From NCBI GenBank assembly GCA_963737655.1, contig CAVTTN010000002.1, positions 4,800,001-4,864,000 of the forward strand: 64,000 nucleotides of DNA. The letters are read 5' to 3'. The translations under genes were made by a program, and so were the position numbers. Position 1 is the first letter of the stretch. Every line of letters begins with the position of its first letter. The notes under the pieces are model-generated. The model was not told the DNA's origin, did no database searches, and saw nothing but the letters and a program-made list of their open reading frames with translations. This document shows positions 20,222 through 30,766 of the stretch, piece after piece. The stretch is from an uncultured Planctomycetota bacterium. GTDB lineage: Bacteria > Planctomycetota > Planctomycetia > Isosphaerales > Isosphaeraceae.

Positions 20222-21187
20222 ATGATGGCGGAGGGTTCTCCGGTGGTCTGCGCGGGGGTGGTCGTGGCCGATCACCTCTCGACGCCGATCGACCACTTGC
20301 CCCGGGCCGGCGAGCTGGTCATGGCCGACGAACTGGTGCTGAACATCGGCGGGTGCGCCTCGAACGCGGCGATGGACCTCGCCCGGCTCGGGGTCGCGGC
20401 GTCGGTCTGCGGGAAGGTCGGCGCCGACGTGTTCGGCCGGTTCGTGATCGAGGTCCTGGAGGCCCAAGGCGTCGATTGCCGGGGGGTGACCGTCGACCCC
20501 GGCCGCTCGACGAGCCAGAGCCTGATCGTGAACGTCCGGGGTCAGGACCGCCGGTTCATCCACTCGTTCGGGGCGAATCGCGGGCTCTCGGTCGCCGACC
20601 TGGAGGCGGCGATCACGCCCTCGACGCGCGTCCTTTACGTCGGCGGATACCTGATCCTGCCGGGCCTGGACGCCGACGCCCTGGGCGAGCTGTTCGAACG
20701 GGCGAGGCGGCGGGGGATCGTGACCGTCCTGGACGTCGCCACGCCGGGGCCCGGCGATTATCCCCCCCTGCTCCGCCCGGTCCTGCCCCATTCCGACGTG
20801 TTCCTGCCCAATTCCGACGAGGCCGAGCTCATCCTGGGCGAGTCGGACCCCATCCGCCAGGCCGAGCGGTTCCGCGAGATGGGGGCCCGCCGCGTGGTGA
20901 TCACCCGGGGCGAGTCCGGCGCGATCTCGGCCTCCGACGCGATGAGGCTGAAGGTCGGCACCTATCCCATCGAGTTCGTGGACGGGACCGGGGGCGGCGA
21001 CGCCTTCGACGCCGGGTACATCGCCGGCTTGCTGGAGGGCCTGGACGAACCCGGCTGCCTCAAACTCGCCAGCGCAGTCGGGGCCAGTTGCGTCCGGGCC
21101 GTCGGCACCACGGCGGGCGTCTTCACCCGGCAGGAAGCGGCGGACTTCGTGGCGACGCATCGATTGGAAATCGAGGCGTATTCGTGA
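20222..21187 (+). CDS. PfkB-family carbohydrate kinase
   Basis: GGCASNAA, GKVGADVFG, FLPNSDEA and DGTGGGDAF motifs. Confidence 0.92.
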   Translation: MMAEGSPVVCAGVVVADHLSTPIDHLPRAGELVMADELVLNIGGCASNAAMDLARLGVAASVCGKVGADVFGRFVIEVLEAQGVDCRGVTVDPGRSTSQSLIVNVRGQDRRFIHSFGANRGLSVADLEAAITPSTRVLYVGGYLILPGLDADALGELFERARRRGIVTVLDVATPGPGDYPPLLRPVLPHSDVFLPNSDEAELILGESDPIRQAERFREMGARRVVITRGESGAISASDAMRLKVGTYPIEFVDGTGGGDAFDAGYIAGLLEGLDEPGCLKLASAVGASCVRAVGTTAGVFTRQEAADFVATHRLEIEAYS

Positions 21188-21206
21188 TCCGTCACGTGTC
21201 AAGAGA

Positions 21207-21246
21207 TTGGGTGGCATGCTCACGAAGACGTAAGCATGTCACCCAA
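21207..21246. repeat. Single family-A palindrome between convergent genes (possible terminator role)
   Basis: ttgggtggcatgctcacg-aaga-cgtaagcatgtcacccaa hairpin. Confidence 0.75.
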
Positions 21247-21262
21247 CCTGGATCCAGTCGAA

Positions 21263-21685
21263 CTAGATATCGAGGATCATTTCCGCCACCCAGCCGTCGG
21301 CGGAGCGTTCCAGGGTCAGGCCGTGATGGGTGACCGCCTTGACCTCGTGGTCCAGGACGTGGCGGGCCCGGTCGATCGGCTCTCCGGCGATCGTGCCGCG
21401 GAGGCTGGTCCCGTCGTCGGCGACGGCGATTTCGAACCGGGAGAAGAGGCGGTGGGTCGTCTCGCACCGGAAGATCAGCTCGTTCAGCCAGGCCGCGAGC
21501 AGGTCGGCCGGGGTGTCGGCGAGGACCTCGACGGGGACGGCCTCGGTCGGCCGGACGTCCTCGAAATTGACGACGATGTAGCCGAATAGACCCTCGGCGG
21601 CGGTTCGGAAGAGGTCGTCGAGCGACTCCGCCGTCACCCGGAGGCCGACGTCGGCGGTGTGGTCGAAGGTGGCGACGGTTCCCAT
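21263..21685 (-). CDS. Archease family protein
   Basis: FDHTADVGL, WLNELIF, EVKAVTHH and terminal ILDI motifs. Confidence 0.88.
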   Translation of the reverse strand: MGTVATFDHTADVGLRVTAESLDDLFRTAAEGLFGYIVVNFEDVRPTEAVPVEVLADTPADLLAAWLNELIFRCETTHRLFSRFEIAVADDGTSLRGTIAGEPIDRARHVLDHEVKAVTHHGLTLERSADGWVAEMILDI

Positions 21686-24511
21686 CGAGGTCGGCCCTTT
21701 CGCGGGAGTGCCAGGGCCAGCCCGACGAGCCCTCCGAGGGCGCTCAGGATCAGGCCAGCCCGAAATGTTCGCGGCTCGTAGGTGAATTGCAACGAATGCG
21801 TCCCGGGTCCGACCGCCGCGCCTCTCATGGCGAGATTGGCTCGGAGGATCGGCGCCGGTCGGCCGTCGATTTTCAGCGACCAGCCCGGATCGAAGGCGTC
21901 GGCCAGGACCACGAGGCCCGGCGATTCGAGATCGACCCGGAGCCGGACCCGGGACGGCCGGTCCTCCTCGATCGCGACCGTTTCCGTCGGGCCCGCCGGC
22001 CGTTTCGAGAGGTCGAGGCGCAGCGATCGCGGGTCCTCGGCCTCGATCCAGGCGATTTCCCTCGGGTCGAACTCGGTGCGGTCGGGAATCTCCCAGAACG
22101 GGTCGCGGCGATAGAGTAGCTCGCGGCGGACCGCCTGGCGGGCTGTGGCGTCGGAACTCGCCCGGCGAATCCGGGCGTCGTGGACGATCCAGGCCCTCGG
22201 GAACGCGGATCGGTTGCGGAGGACCTGCCAGTCCTCCTCCTCCTGCCACCGGGGGCCGTCGGGGCGAGGGCCGATCGGCTCGACGTCGGCGAGGAACGCG
22301 GCGATCCCCCGGCTCGGGTCGAGCCAGTCGGCGGCCACGGCGGGCAGGACGAAGAACCGGGCGCCCCAGAGGTCGAACGCCCTCCTCGGGTAATAGCGGA
22401 TCGTCCGGCCCGGCTCCAGGCCCAGGCTGGCCGCCGATCGTCCCTCGACCGGCATCGTCCAGGACTCGAACGTCTCGGTGAACGCCGCCGGGTCCAGGGC
22501 CCCGGTCGCCAGGACGTAGCGGACGCCGACCGTCGTGCCGAACCCGAACTGGAGCGTGTCCCGCTGCCACCGGACGATCGTCCGCAACCGATCCGGCGAC
22601 CTCGACCGATACCAACCCACCGGATGCCACTCGGCCGCTCGATGGAGGCGCAACGGCGGCTCGGCGCCGGAGTCGGTCATCGCGGAGAGGGCGGCGGAAG
22701 GACGCTCGAAATCCTCCTGAGGGACGGACAGGACCAGCCGGCCGTTGGCGATGGCCAGGTCGATCGCGAGGACCGCCACCGCCGCCGTCCCGGCCCAGCG
22801 CCGGCCTCGGCCCGCCGCCCGGATCAGGACGAGGGCGGCGCCCATCGCCACGGCGGAATGGACGAACCCGCGACGGAGCTCGAACAGGGCGCCCTCGGGG
22901 TCGATCGGCCCGGCCATCGAGGCGACCTTCGCGGCCCGGGTCCACCAGCCCAGGAGCGTTGGCGCCAGGAAAAACGTCAGCATGAGGCCCGAGACCGCCG
23001 CGATCAGCCCCGCTCGGGCGATCCGCCGAGAGGCCCGATCGCCGATCGCGTCCCAGCCGGCCGCCGCGAGGGCCGAGATCGCCAGCGAGGCGAAGGCCCA
23101 GAGCTTCCCCGGGTAGCGGAACCCTCCCAGGCCGGGCAAGAGGGCCGAGATCATGCCATAAACCGAGCCGAATCCGTCGCCGACCCGGCCGTCGGAGCCG
23201 CGGAGCAGGGCCGCCGACTCCGGATGGCGGGGGCCGAGGGTCGCGGCGAGGTCCGGCAGGCCCCGGGCCCACCACAGAGGCCCCCCGAACCGGCCGAAGC
23301 TCATCGCCATCGCCAGGACGGCCAGGGCGGCCATCGGACCTCGCCACGGAGCGGCCTCGCGAGCCCCTCAGGGCGACCAGGGCGAGGACCAGAGTCAACC
23401 CTCCGGCGTAGAGCGAGGCCGACCAGAGCTGATGGCCCTCGATCGGAGGGATTGCCAGGAGCCAGAGCCGATCCTCGGGATACTCCACGCCGAAGAACCC
23501 GGGAAACGCCAGCTCCGCCAGGCGAAACGGCTCGACGCTGAAGCGGTGGACGTCCTGCGAATTCGTCTCGGCCAGGCGGTCACTCGACGCCGCCAGCTCC
23601 GCCACCGGCAGCAGTTGAGGCGCCGAGACCGCCAGCCCCACCGCGGCCGCCCCGACCAGCCCGGCGAGCCTCTGGAAGAAGAGCCGCCGCCGGGCCCGGC
23701 CGATCGCCCGGAGGCCGACGACGATCGCCACCGCCGCGAGGCCCTTCCCCAGGTTCCCCAGCCCCGAGACCACCGGCGCCGGGACGCCCCAGTCCCGAAG
23801 CGTCGGCAAGACGGCCGAGAGCCCGAGGACCGCCGCGATCCAGCCGGCCCCGAGGCCCGCGAGGACGGGAAAGCGCGGCCATCGGGCCGGCCCGATCGTC
23901 AGCCAGGCCGCGTAGGCCGCCGAGGCCACGCCGAGCCCGTAAGCCGCCTCGATGTCCCCGCCCAGGACGATCATCGCCAGGACGATCGCCAGCCCGGCCA
24001 CGTGCCGACGGCCCCCTCGCCGGAGCCAGCCGTCGGCGAACAGGAACCCCAGAGGCAGCCACGCCGAGCCGACGAGATAAATCGCGTTGCACGTCTGGAA
24101 CAGGACCGGCCCGCCAAACCCGTAGCTCAGCCCGCCGAGCGAGGCGGCCGTCGGGCCCAGGCCCAGCCCTCGGAGCAGGCCGAACATCGCCCCGACGGCG
24201 ATCAGCACGTGGCCGATCAAATAGGCCCGCGCCGCCCAGGGATAAGGCATCGCCGCGAAGACCAGCTTGCCCGGATACAGGATCGCCGCCGAGGGGTCGC
24301 CCAGCAGGGGCATCCCGCCGTTGGTCGAGGGGTCCCAGGACGGCACGAGCCCGGCCGACCACTGGGCCTGCACCCTCTGATGGAGCGGATAATAGTAGCT
24401 CGCCGCGTCCCGAAAGCCGAATTGCTCGCCCCGAAACAAAACCGAACCAAAGCACCAGCCGCCGAGGGCGACGGTCGCGACGATCGGAACGATCAAGACC
24501 CGGATCGTCAA
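21634..24511 (-). CDS. YfhO-like large membrane protein (putative GT-C glycosyltransferase); frameshift near 23340
   Basis: FRDAASYYYP, WDPSTNGGMPLL, many TM segments; C-terminal PRAW, LVVLADAFDPGW, RANLAMRG. Confidence 0.72.
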
Positions 24512-24623
24512 CGGACTGCCCCCGGACCCTCCTGGACGCCCCCGATCCGGCGATTATAACGACGATCGACCGATTCTCCGAGTCCCACGCCGGGGCCGAC
24601 CTCACCCCTTGCCCGGAGGTTCC

Positions 24624-25085
24624 ATGATCGCCGAAGGCCAGCCCGCGCCGGATTTTACGTTGCCCGACCAGGACGGCCGGGAGGTCACGCTCTCGTCGTT
24701 CCGGGGGCGACCGGTGGTCCTGTATTTCTACCCGAAGGACGACACCCCGGGCTGCACGAAGGAGGCGTGCGCCTTCCGGGATGCCCGGTCGGAGTTCGAG
24801 GAGGCGGGGGCGGTGGTCCTGGGAGTCAGCCCCGACCCCCCGAAGGCCCATCGGAAGTTCATCGACAAGTATGAGCTGAACTTCCCGTTGCTGGCCGACC
24901 CCGAGAAGGCCGTCCTTCAGAGCTATGGCGTCTGGAAGGAGAAGACCATGTATGGCCGGACGTCCATGGGCGTCGAGAGGACGACCCTGGTCATCGACGC
25001 CGAGGGGGTCGTCCGCAAGATCTTCCCCAGGGTGAAGGTCGAGGGACACGCCGCGGCGGTCGTGGAGGCGGTTCGCTCGCCCTGA
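24624..25085 (+). CDS. bcp: Thioredoxin-dependent peroxiredoxin Bcp
   Basis: YFYPKDDTPGCTKEACAFRD; GGAGG RBS. Confidence 0.95.
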   Translation: MIAEGQPAPDFTLPDQDGREVTLSSFRGRPVVLYFYPKDDTPGCTKEACAFRDARSEFEEAGAVVLGVSPDPPKAHRKFIDKYELNFPLLADPEKAVLQSYGVWKEKTMYGRTSMGVERTTLVIDAEGVVRKIFPRVKVEGHAAAVVEAVRSP

Positions 25086-25139
25086 AACCGAAGCGGATTC
25101 CAGGGTTCCGGATCGCCCTGTTCCGGGAGGTTGGATAGG

Positions 25140-25523
25140 ATGACGAAGACGTTCATATCGAGACCAGCGGATTTCGGGAATGGCTGTCGGAGTTCCTCGA
25201 CGAGGACGGCCTGGCCGCCGTTCAACGGGACCTCCTGGCCGATCCGGACAGAGGCGACGTCATGCCCGGATGCGGCGGCCTTCGAAAGCTGCGGGCCGCG
25301 GTCCCGAGTCAGGCCCAGGGGAAACGGGGAGGGGCGAGGATCATCTATCTGCATGTTCCCGAGGCCGGGGTGATCCTCTTGCTCGACATCTTATGGGAAG
25401 AACGAGAAGGATGATCTCCGCCCCTCGGAGAAGCAGGCCCTTAAATCCCTGGCGGAAGAATATCGGGACGAAGTGCTTCGCCAGACGCGCCCGGATCGAC
25501 CGCAACCGAGGGGTAGGCGATGA
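25140..25523 (+). pseudogene. RelE/HigB-type toxin with two frameshifts
   Basis: Removing 'at' at 25155-56 and 't' at 25391 gives MTKTFIETSGF...PDRGDVMPGCGGLRKLR...GKRGGARIIY...LLDIYGKNEKDDL..., whose stop overlaps the antitoxin ATG. Confidence 0.8.
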
Positions 25524-25909
25524 AATCGAATGACTCGCGGAAGCCTCTGTTCGAGCGATTGCAGGAAGGATTGGTCGAGGGACTCCGCCATGCCCGGGGC
25601 GAACGGGCCTTGCGGACGACCGTCCTGGCGGACCTCCCTCCCGAGATGTCGCCGGAGAGTTTGGCCGCCGTTCGGACCGAGTTCGACCTGTCGCGTGCCG
25701 CGTTCGCCCGGGTCCTGAGCGTCTCCCCCGAGACGGTCCGAAACTGGGAGTCCGGGAGTCGAAAGCCGTCGCCGCCATCGCGACGGCTGATCCAGATCCT
25801 TCAGACGAACCCCGCGCTAGTTTTCGAGGCCCTCGGGCTGCCTCTGCCGTCCTCCTGCATCCCGGCCACGAGGCGGACGCGGTCCCCAGGGGATCGATCG
25901 TCGGTGTGA
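25520..25909 (+). CDS. HigA-like Xre HTH antitoxin
   Basis: LSRAAFARVLSVSPETVRNWESG HTH; lies directly downstream of the toxin. Confidence 0.85.
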   Translation: MKSNDSRKPLFERLQEGLVEGLRHARGERALRTTVLADLPPEMSPESLAAVRTEFDLSRAAFARVLSVSPETVRNWESGSRKPSPPSRRLIQILQTNPALVFEALGLPLPSSCIPATRRTRSPGDRSSV

Positions 25910-25969
25910 AGCGGGCCCCGCGACGGCCGGGCCTCGTTCGTGTCCGGCCCGGGTTGACCAGGTTCGGCG

Positions 25970-26194
25970 TTAGCCGACCTCGATCTGATTGAGGATCGCG
26001 TGGTCCTGGATCAGGTCCATGGCCCCGTGGAGGGCCAGTTGCTTGGCGTAGTAGGTGGGGGCCCGCCCTCGGATCACGACCCCGTGGTCGCCGAGTTCGA
26101 CCTTCAGCTCGCGGACCTGGCCGTGGGTCCGGGCGAGGATGCGGCTGGCGATCGTCGAGGCCAGGTCCGAGGGCCCGGGCAGCGCTCGTGGCAT
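25970..26194 (-). CDS. Small BON-domain protein
   Basis: GVVIRGRAPTYYAKQLA...NQIEV pattern. Confidence 0.75.
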   Translation of the reverse strand: MPRALPGPSDLASTIASRILARTHGQVRELKVELGDHGVVIRGRAPTYYAKQLALHGAMDLIQDHAILNQIEVG

Positions 26195-26444
26195 GATTGA
26201 CCTTCCGATTCGATTCGGTCGAGAGGGCGGGGCGCCGGCGAAGGAGGCGGAGTCGGAGTCGGAGGCATCGGGGGCGAGCCAGGGGAGCGGAAGCGGCTCG
26301 ATCTCGTGCCCAATCGTCGGGCGGCTCGTGCCGGTTGTCTGGGTCTCGGCCCCGATCTGGAGGCGGAATGGGGACGATTTCAGTCGAGAGCAATTCCCGT
26401 ACCGATCGGGCAATCTAGGCAAGGTCCGGCGGCGACGGGCCGGC

Positions 26445-27139
26445 TCAGCCGGCCGATCCGGGGCCCTCGGCCGGCTTCTTGAACGTGAAGACCGAGACGA
26501 TCTCCGGCCGGATCGTCTTCTCGCCCGAGGCGAACCCCTTGCGGAGCCTCCCGGCGACGGTCCGGCGCGGGCCGGGTCGTCGGTGGCCACCGTCGTGATC
26601 GCCCGCTGCCGGCGGGCGTCGAACTGCTCCCCGTCGAGCGAGAACGGCTCGACGCCCTGGCGGTACAGGATGTCCTCGATCCCTTGCTGGATGCCCCGGA
26701 GCATCCCCCCGGCGCGGTCGGCCTCGCCCAGGAGCGAGTCGGCCATCTTCCCCACGTCGTCGTGGAGCTGGATCAGGTCCACGAACACCGGGCGGAGGAC
26801 GCCGAGCAAGAGGTCCTGCTTGTACTCCTGGAGCTCGGCGTGGAGCCGATCGACGACCTTCTCGCGGGTGTTCTCGGCGCGGATCTCGCGATCGAACAGG
26901 GTGCGGAGGGCGTCGAGCTTCGCGTCGAGGGCCTCGATCCCCTTCAGGGCGGGGCCCAGGTCGATCGGCGGGGCGGAGATGGCCGGCGGGGCCGGATCGG
27001 GAGGCCGGGTCCTCTCCTCCTCGGTGTCGATCGCCAGGTAGGCCGGGGCCGGGACGACGAAGGCGACGTCCGGGGCGGTCGAGACGACCGGGAGGTCCTC
27101 CTCCTCGGACGGGGTCTCGTCGGTCGGGGATTCGGTCAT
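26445..27139 (-). CDS. grpE: GrpE-like nucleotide exchange factor; frameshift near 26570
   Basis: Coiled coil, then IEDILYRQGVEPF...FDARRQRA, then in another frame ...RKGF...IRPEIVSV. Confidence 0.75.
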
Positions 27140-27250
27140 GACGATGGCTCGGGGCCTCGGAGGGACGGGGGCGGCTCCAGAGTAAGACGTGCCGGACGCC
27201 GGGGCAAGCGCTCGCCGTCGGCTTGGTGCACTCGTCGTGGCGCGGGTAGA

Positions 27251-27335
27251 GCTCTGGAATCTGGAACTTCTGGGGTGCCCCCGGTTCGAGAACCGGGGGC
27301 ACCCGAAAAAACCCCAGATTCGGGAGCTACACCCG
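27251..27335. repeat. REP/MITE-like element, family D (GGGTGCCCCCGGTT-N4-AACCGGGGGCACCC), single-palindrome form
   Basis: Its reverse complement matches both ends of 40812-40974. Confidence 0.85.
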
Positions 27336-27353
27336 TCGCGCGCCGGGACGGCC

Positions 27354-29027
27354 TCACGGCTTCACCTTCGCCTCGGCGATCGCCCGGAGCGCCCTCAGAT
27401 CGAGCTTCCCGCTTCCCAGGACGGGGATGGCGTCTACCCGGATGAAGTCCTCGGCCGAGGGGACCCAGAGCCGGGGCATCCCGGTCTCTCCCAGCCGCTT
27501 GCAGAGCTCGGCCGGCTCGATTCCCAGGTCGGTGTGGACCACGATCAGCCTCTCCTGGCGCTTCGGGTCGGGGATCGCGGTGACGGCCAGGCTGGGCAAG
27601 TCCCGGCCGCCCAGGCCGGCCGCCTCGATCAGGGCCGTTTCCACCCCCTCGTGGGGCACCATCTCGCCGCCGATCTTCGAGAATCGGCTCAAGCGCCCGG
27701 TGATCGTGAGGAAACCGTCGGCGTCGACGAACCCGAGGTCCCCGGTCGAGTACCAGCCGTCGCGGACCGCTTTCGCCGTGGCCTCGGGCCGGTCGAGATA
27801 GCCCACCATCACCTGAGGCCCCTTGATGTGGACGATCCCTTCCGATCCCCTCGCCAGGACGGCCCCGGTCTCCGGGTCGGTCGTCTTCACGGCCGTGCCC
27901 GGGACGGGCATCCCCACCGTCCCCGGCCGGTTCCCCGGGACGGTCCGGCCGTCGGGCGTCGTCAAGGCGTTGGCGGTGTTCACGGCGACGACCGGGGAGA
28001 GCTCGGTGCAGCCGTAGCCTTCCAGGGGCTCCACGTTCAGCGCCTCGCGGATCTGCCGGGCGACTTCCGGCTTGAGCTTCTCGGCCCCGAGGATCGGCAG
28101 GCGGAGCGTGGCGAACTGCTCGGCGTCGCACCTCTTCACATAGCCCTGCATGAACGTGGGGGTCGCCAGCAAGATCGTCGCCTTGTGCTCCTGGCAGAGG
28201 TTGCCGACGATCCGGGCGTCGAGCGGGCTGAAGTGGTACACCCCGGCGAACCCCAGCGACAGCACGGCCCAGATCGTCACCGTGAACCCGAACGAGTGGA
28301 AGAACGGCAGGACGCCCAGGATGATCTCGTCCCGCCCGAGCTCGACCTGCTCGGCGAACTGGTGGATGTTCATGAGGACGTTGCGATGCGACAGGACCAC
28401 GCCCTTGGGGTCGCCGGTCGAGCCCGAGGTGAAGATCACGGTGGCCGTCTCGTCCAGCCGATCCCCGCGAAGGCCGGGCAGGAACGCCCCGAGCGCGGCC
28501 GTCGGCACCGCCTTGGCCACCACGGCGGCGAACACCTTGTCGGCCGTGGTGACTTGCTTGGGGATCTCTTCCAGGAGGACGACCTCCCCCTTCGGCTTGA
28601 TCTTGAACTTGTCCAGGACGCGCCGAGACGTGAGTGTGTGGGTGATCTTGCACTGGTCGATCGACGAATCCACCAGCGCCTGGCTCGCGGTGTAGTTGAG
28701 GTTCACCGGGACCTTGCCGAGCAGGCTGAGCGCGACGTTCGCCATCGCGCCGTGGACCGTCGGCGGGATCATCACGCCCACGAACGGCGACGGGCCGAGC
28801 GTCCGGTTCAGGACCCGCGCGAGGGCGACGGCCCGGAGGAAGGCGTCGCCATACGAGAGCGTCGTCCCCGTGCTATCGGCCATGCACAGGGCCTTCGGGC
28901 GCGATCGGGCGCTGTGGACGAACGCCCGAGGGAGGCTCCGCCAATGGCGAGGCAAGGCAGACAGCGCTCGGAGCGGCGAATCGAGATCGATCGTCCCGGG
29001 GGACGTGGCCGAGGTCGTCAAGCTCAT
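27354..29027 (-). CDS. AMP-binding acyl-ACP synthetase (Aas C-terminal-like)
   Basis: [30 protein letters not shown] and [11 protein letters not shown] motifs. Confidence 0.88.
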   Translation of the reverse strand: MSLTTSATSPGTIDLDSPLRALSALPRHWRSLPRAFVHSARSRPKALCMADSTGTTLSYGDAFLRAVALARVLNRTLGPSPFVGVMIPPTVHGAMANVALSLLGKVPVNLNYTASQALVDSSIDQCKITHTLTSRRVLDKFKIKPKGEVVLLEEIPKQVTTADKVFAAVVAKAVPTAALGAFLPGLRGDRLDETATVIFTSGSTGDPKGVVLSHRNVLMNIHQFAEQVELGRDEIILGVLPFFHSFGFTVTIWAVLSLGFAGVYHFSPLDARIVGNLCQEHKATILLATPTFMQGYVKRCDAEQFATLRLPILGAEKLKPEVARQIREALNVEPLEGYGCTELSPVVAVNTANALTTPDGRTVPGNRPGTVGMPVPGTAVKTTDPETGAVLARGSEGIVHIKGPQVMVGYLDRPEATAKAVRDGWYSTGDLGFVDADGFLTITGRLSRFSKIGGEMVPHEGVETALIEAAGLGGRDLPSLAVTAIPDPKRQERLIVVHTDLGIEPAELCKRLGETGMPRLWVPSAEDFIRVDAIPVLGSGKLDLRALRAIAEAKVKP

Positions 29028-29150
29028 GGCGAAAGGTCCGCTCCGGTCCCGGGGACGATCCCGGCCCGTCTCGCCCGAAATCGTCGCGATCCGGCCAGCC
29101 TCCAACCCCGAGCGGACACTCTACGCCAACCGGGGGACGCGGGCAATCTT

Positions 29151-29315
29151 GCAGTGGGCAGTGGGCAGTGGGCAGTGTGCAGTGTGCAGTGGGCAGTGGG
29201 CAGTGGGCAGTGGGCAGTGGGCAGGAGAAAGAATCGTCAGCCTTCGGCTCCCGACGTCTTCCAACTGCCCACTGCCCACTGCCCACTGCACACTGCACAC
29301 TGCACACTGCACACT
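29151..29315. repeat. Inverted heptamer tandem arrays: (GCAGTG[G/T])x10 and (ACTGC[C/A]C)x7
   Basis: Arrays at 29151-29220 and 29264-29315, separated by a ~43-bp spacer. Confidence 0.95.
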
Positions 29316-29316
29316 C

Positions 29317-30471
29317 CTACCCTCTAGCCCGTTGGCCTTCGGTGTTCAGGAGGCGGACGATCTGGAGGAGGACTTCCGGATCGAGGCGGCTGTCGAACGG
29401 GTCTCGGTGGATGAAGCGGATCTTGCCGTCGCGGTCGATGATGACCGAGGCCGGGCGGTTGGACCATTCGGTATGGCCCCGGCCCTGCATGGCCACTCCA
29501 TACGAGGCGCTGACGGTGCTGGATGGGTCCGACAGCAGGGGGATTTCCGGGTCGCCCGGGTTCGGGGCGGAGTTTTTCAAGGTGGTGTCGAGGCGGCAGG
29601 TCTCGTGCGACTCGACCATCAGCAGGGTGCTGCCCAGCTCCTCGAACTTCGCCTTGGCCCGCCTGAGCCGGCCGATCTGGGCCGGGTCATACGGGCAGAT
29701 GTCGCCGACGAGGAAGACCAGGACGACGGCCGACTTGCCCCGGTACTCGTCCAGGGAGTAGGTGCGTCCCCGCGTGTCCTTCAGGCGAAACGGCGGCGCG
29801 GGGCGGTCGATCGCGGCGGAGTCCAGCGTCTCGGCGGTGAAGGCCAGGAGCGCCTGGCGAACCTCCTCGACGGGCTGGGGATCGGGGGTGAGGAGGGCCT
29901 GCTCGGCCTTCCGGCGGACGTTGAACACGTCGTCGCGGTCCATCGCCCGGCGGACGGCCGAGGACGACTTGGCGAGGTCGAGCATCCCCAAGGCGCCGAT
30001 GGCATAGATCCTCGCTTCGGCGCTGGGGTCGGTGGCGACGACGCCCTCCAAGACCGGGCCGAGCGAGACCTCGCCGATCACGCCCAGGGCCTGAACGGCG
30101 ACCGAGCGGACCTCGGGGCATTCGTCCTCCAAGAGCTCGACGATCGGCCCGGTGCCGGCCGGTCCGAGCCGGACGAGGTCGGCCAGGGCGAGCATCCGGG
30201 CCTTCCAGAATTGCTCGATCGGCCCGCCCGCCTCGCGACGGACCGGCGCGACCGCGCGATCGACGGCCTCCGACGACGACCCCCGGGACGAGAAGACGCG
30301 AGGCGGAGGCGGGGCGATGGTCGGCCCCGACGGGCCCGAAGGGTCGGCCCGGGCCCCGGCCCGATCCAGGACGAATCCCCCGAGGACCAGACCCAGGGCG
30401 CAGACGATCGAGGCCGCCCCGCCGATCACGACGGCGGGCCGGACGCGACGAACGAACCGAAAGCAAATCAA
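29317..30471 (-). CDS. HEAT-repeat plus redoxin (AhpC/TSA) domain protein, membrane-anchored
   Basis: N-terminal TM; EVRSVAVQALG-type repeats; APPFRLKD...LDEYRGK...ICPY...RPASVIIDRDG. Start uncertain. Confidence 0.75.
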   Translation of the reverse strand: MICFRFVRRVRPAVVIGGAASIVCALGLVLGGFVLDRAGARADPSGPSGPTIAPPPPRVFSSRGSSSEAVDRAVAPVRREAGGPIEQFWKARMLALADLVRLGPAGTGPIVELLEDECPEVRSVAVQALGVIGEVSLGPVLEGVVATDPSAEARIYAIGALGMLDLAKSSSAVRRAMDRDDVFNVRRKAEQALLTPDPQPVEEVRQALLAFTAETLDSAAIDRPAPPFRLKDTRGRTYSLDEYRGKSAVVLVFLVGDICPYDPAQIGRLRRAKAKFEELGSTLLMVESHETCRLDTTLKNSAPNPGDPEIPLLSDPSSTVSASYGVAMQGRGHTEWSNRPASVIIDRDGKIRFIHRDPFDSRLDPEVLLQIVRLLNTEGQRARG

Positions 30472-30766
30472 CGGCGGGGTCCTTGGTGGGGTGGGATGAT
30501 CGCCGGGCCTCGGGGGCGGCCGGGCTCCGCGCAGGGTATCGCCGGCTCGCCCGGTCGGGCAAGGAGGCGACGAACAACGGCCCGGAAGAGGGCCGGGCCT
30601 CTCTCATTCTAGGGAGAAGCGACAACTTCGGTCGCCCTGCGCTCGAAAAACGGCCGATCGGCACGTTCCGGACGTCATTCCGAAGGCCGAAGGGCGGGCG
30701 GTCGTCGCGATGACGGGTCGAGCGCGTCGGAGGCGGCGGGAACGACGTTTGCTCCGAACCGATCGC

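Noticed and set aside
21263..24511. Apparent 1082-aa YfhO-archease fusion ORF
   Set aside because: The middle third is out-of-frame R/G/P-rich text caused by the frameshift near 23340; archease has its own ATG at 21685.
25970..27139. Apparent GrpE-BON fusion ORF
   Set aside because: Produced by the frameshift near 26570; the GrpE C-terminus continues in another frame and stops at 26445.
29151..29315. Heptamer and 9-mer arrays, or the attC repeats, as a CRISPR array
   Set aside because: No constant-length repeats separated by unique 30-40 bp spacers, and no cas genes.
28873..29761. ORFs reading CPLPTAH / QWAVGSG repeats
   Set aside because: These are simple translations of the heptamer DNA repeat; nothing indicates they are coding.
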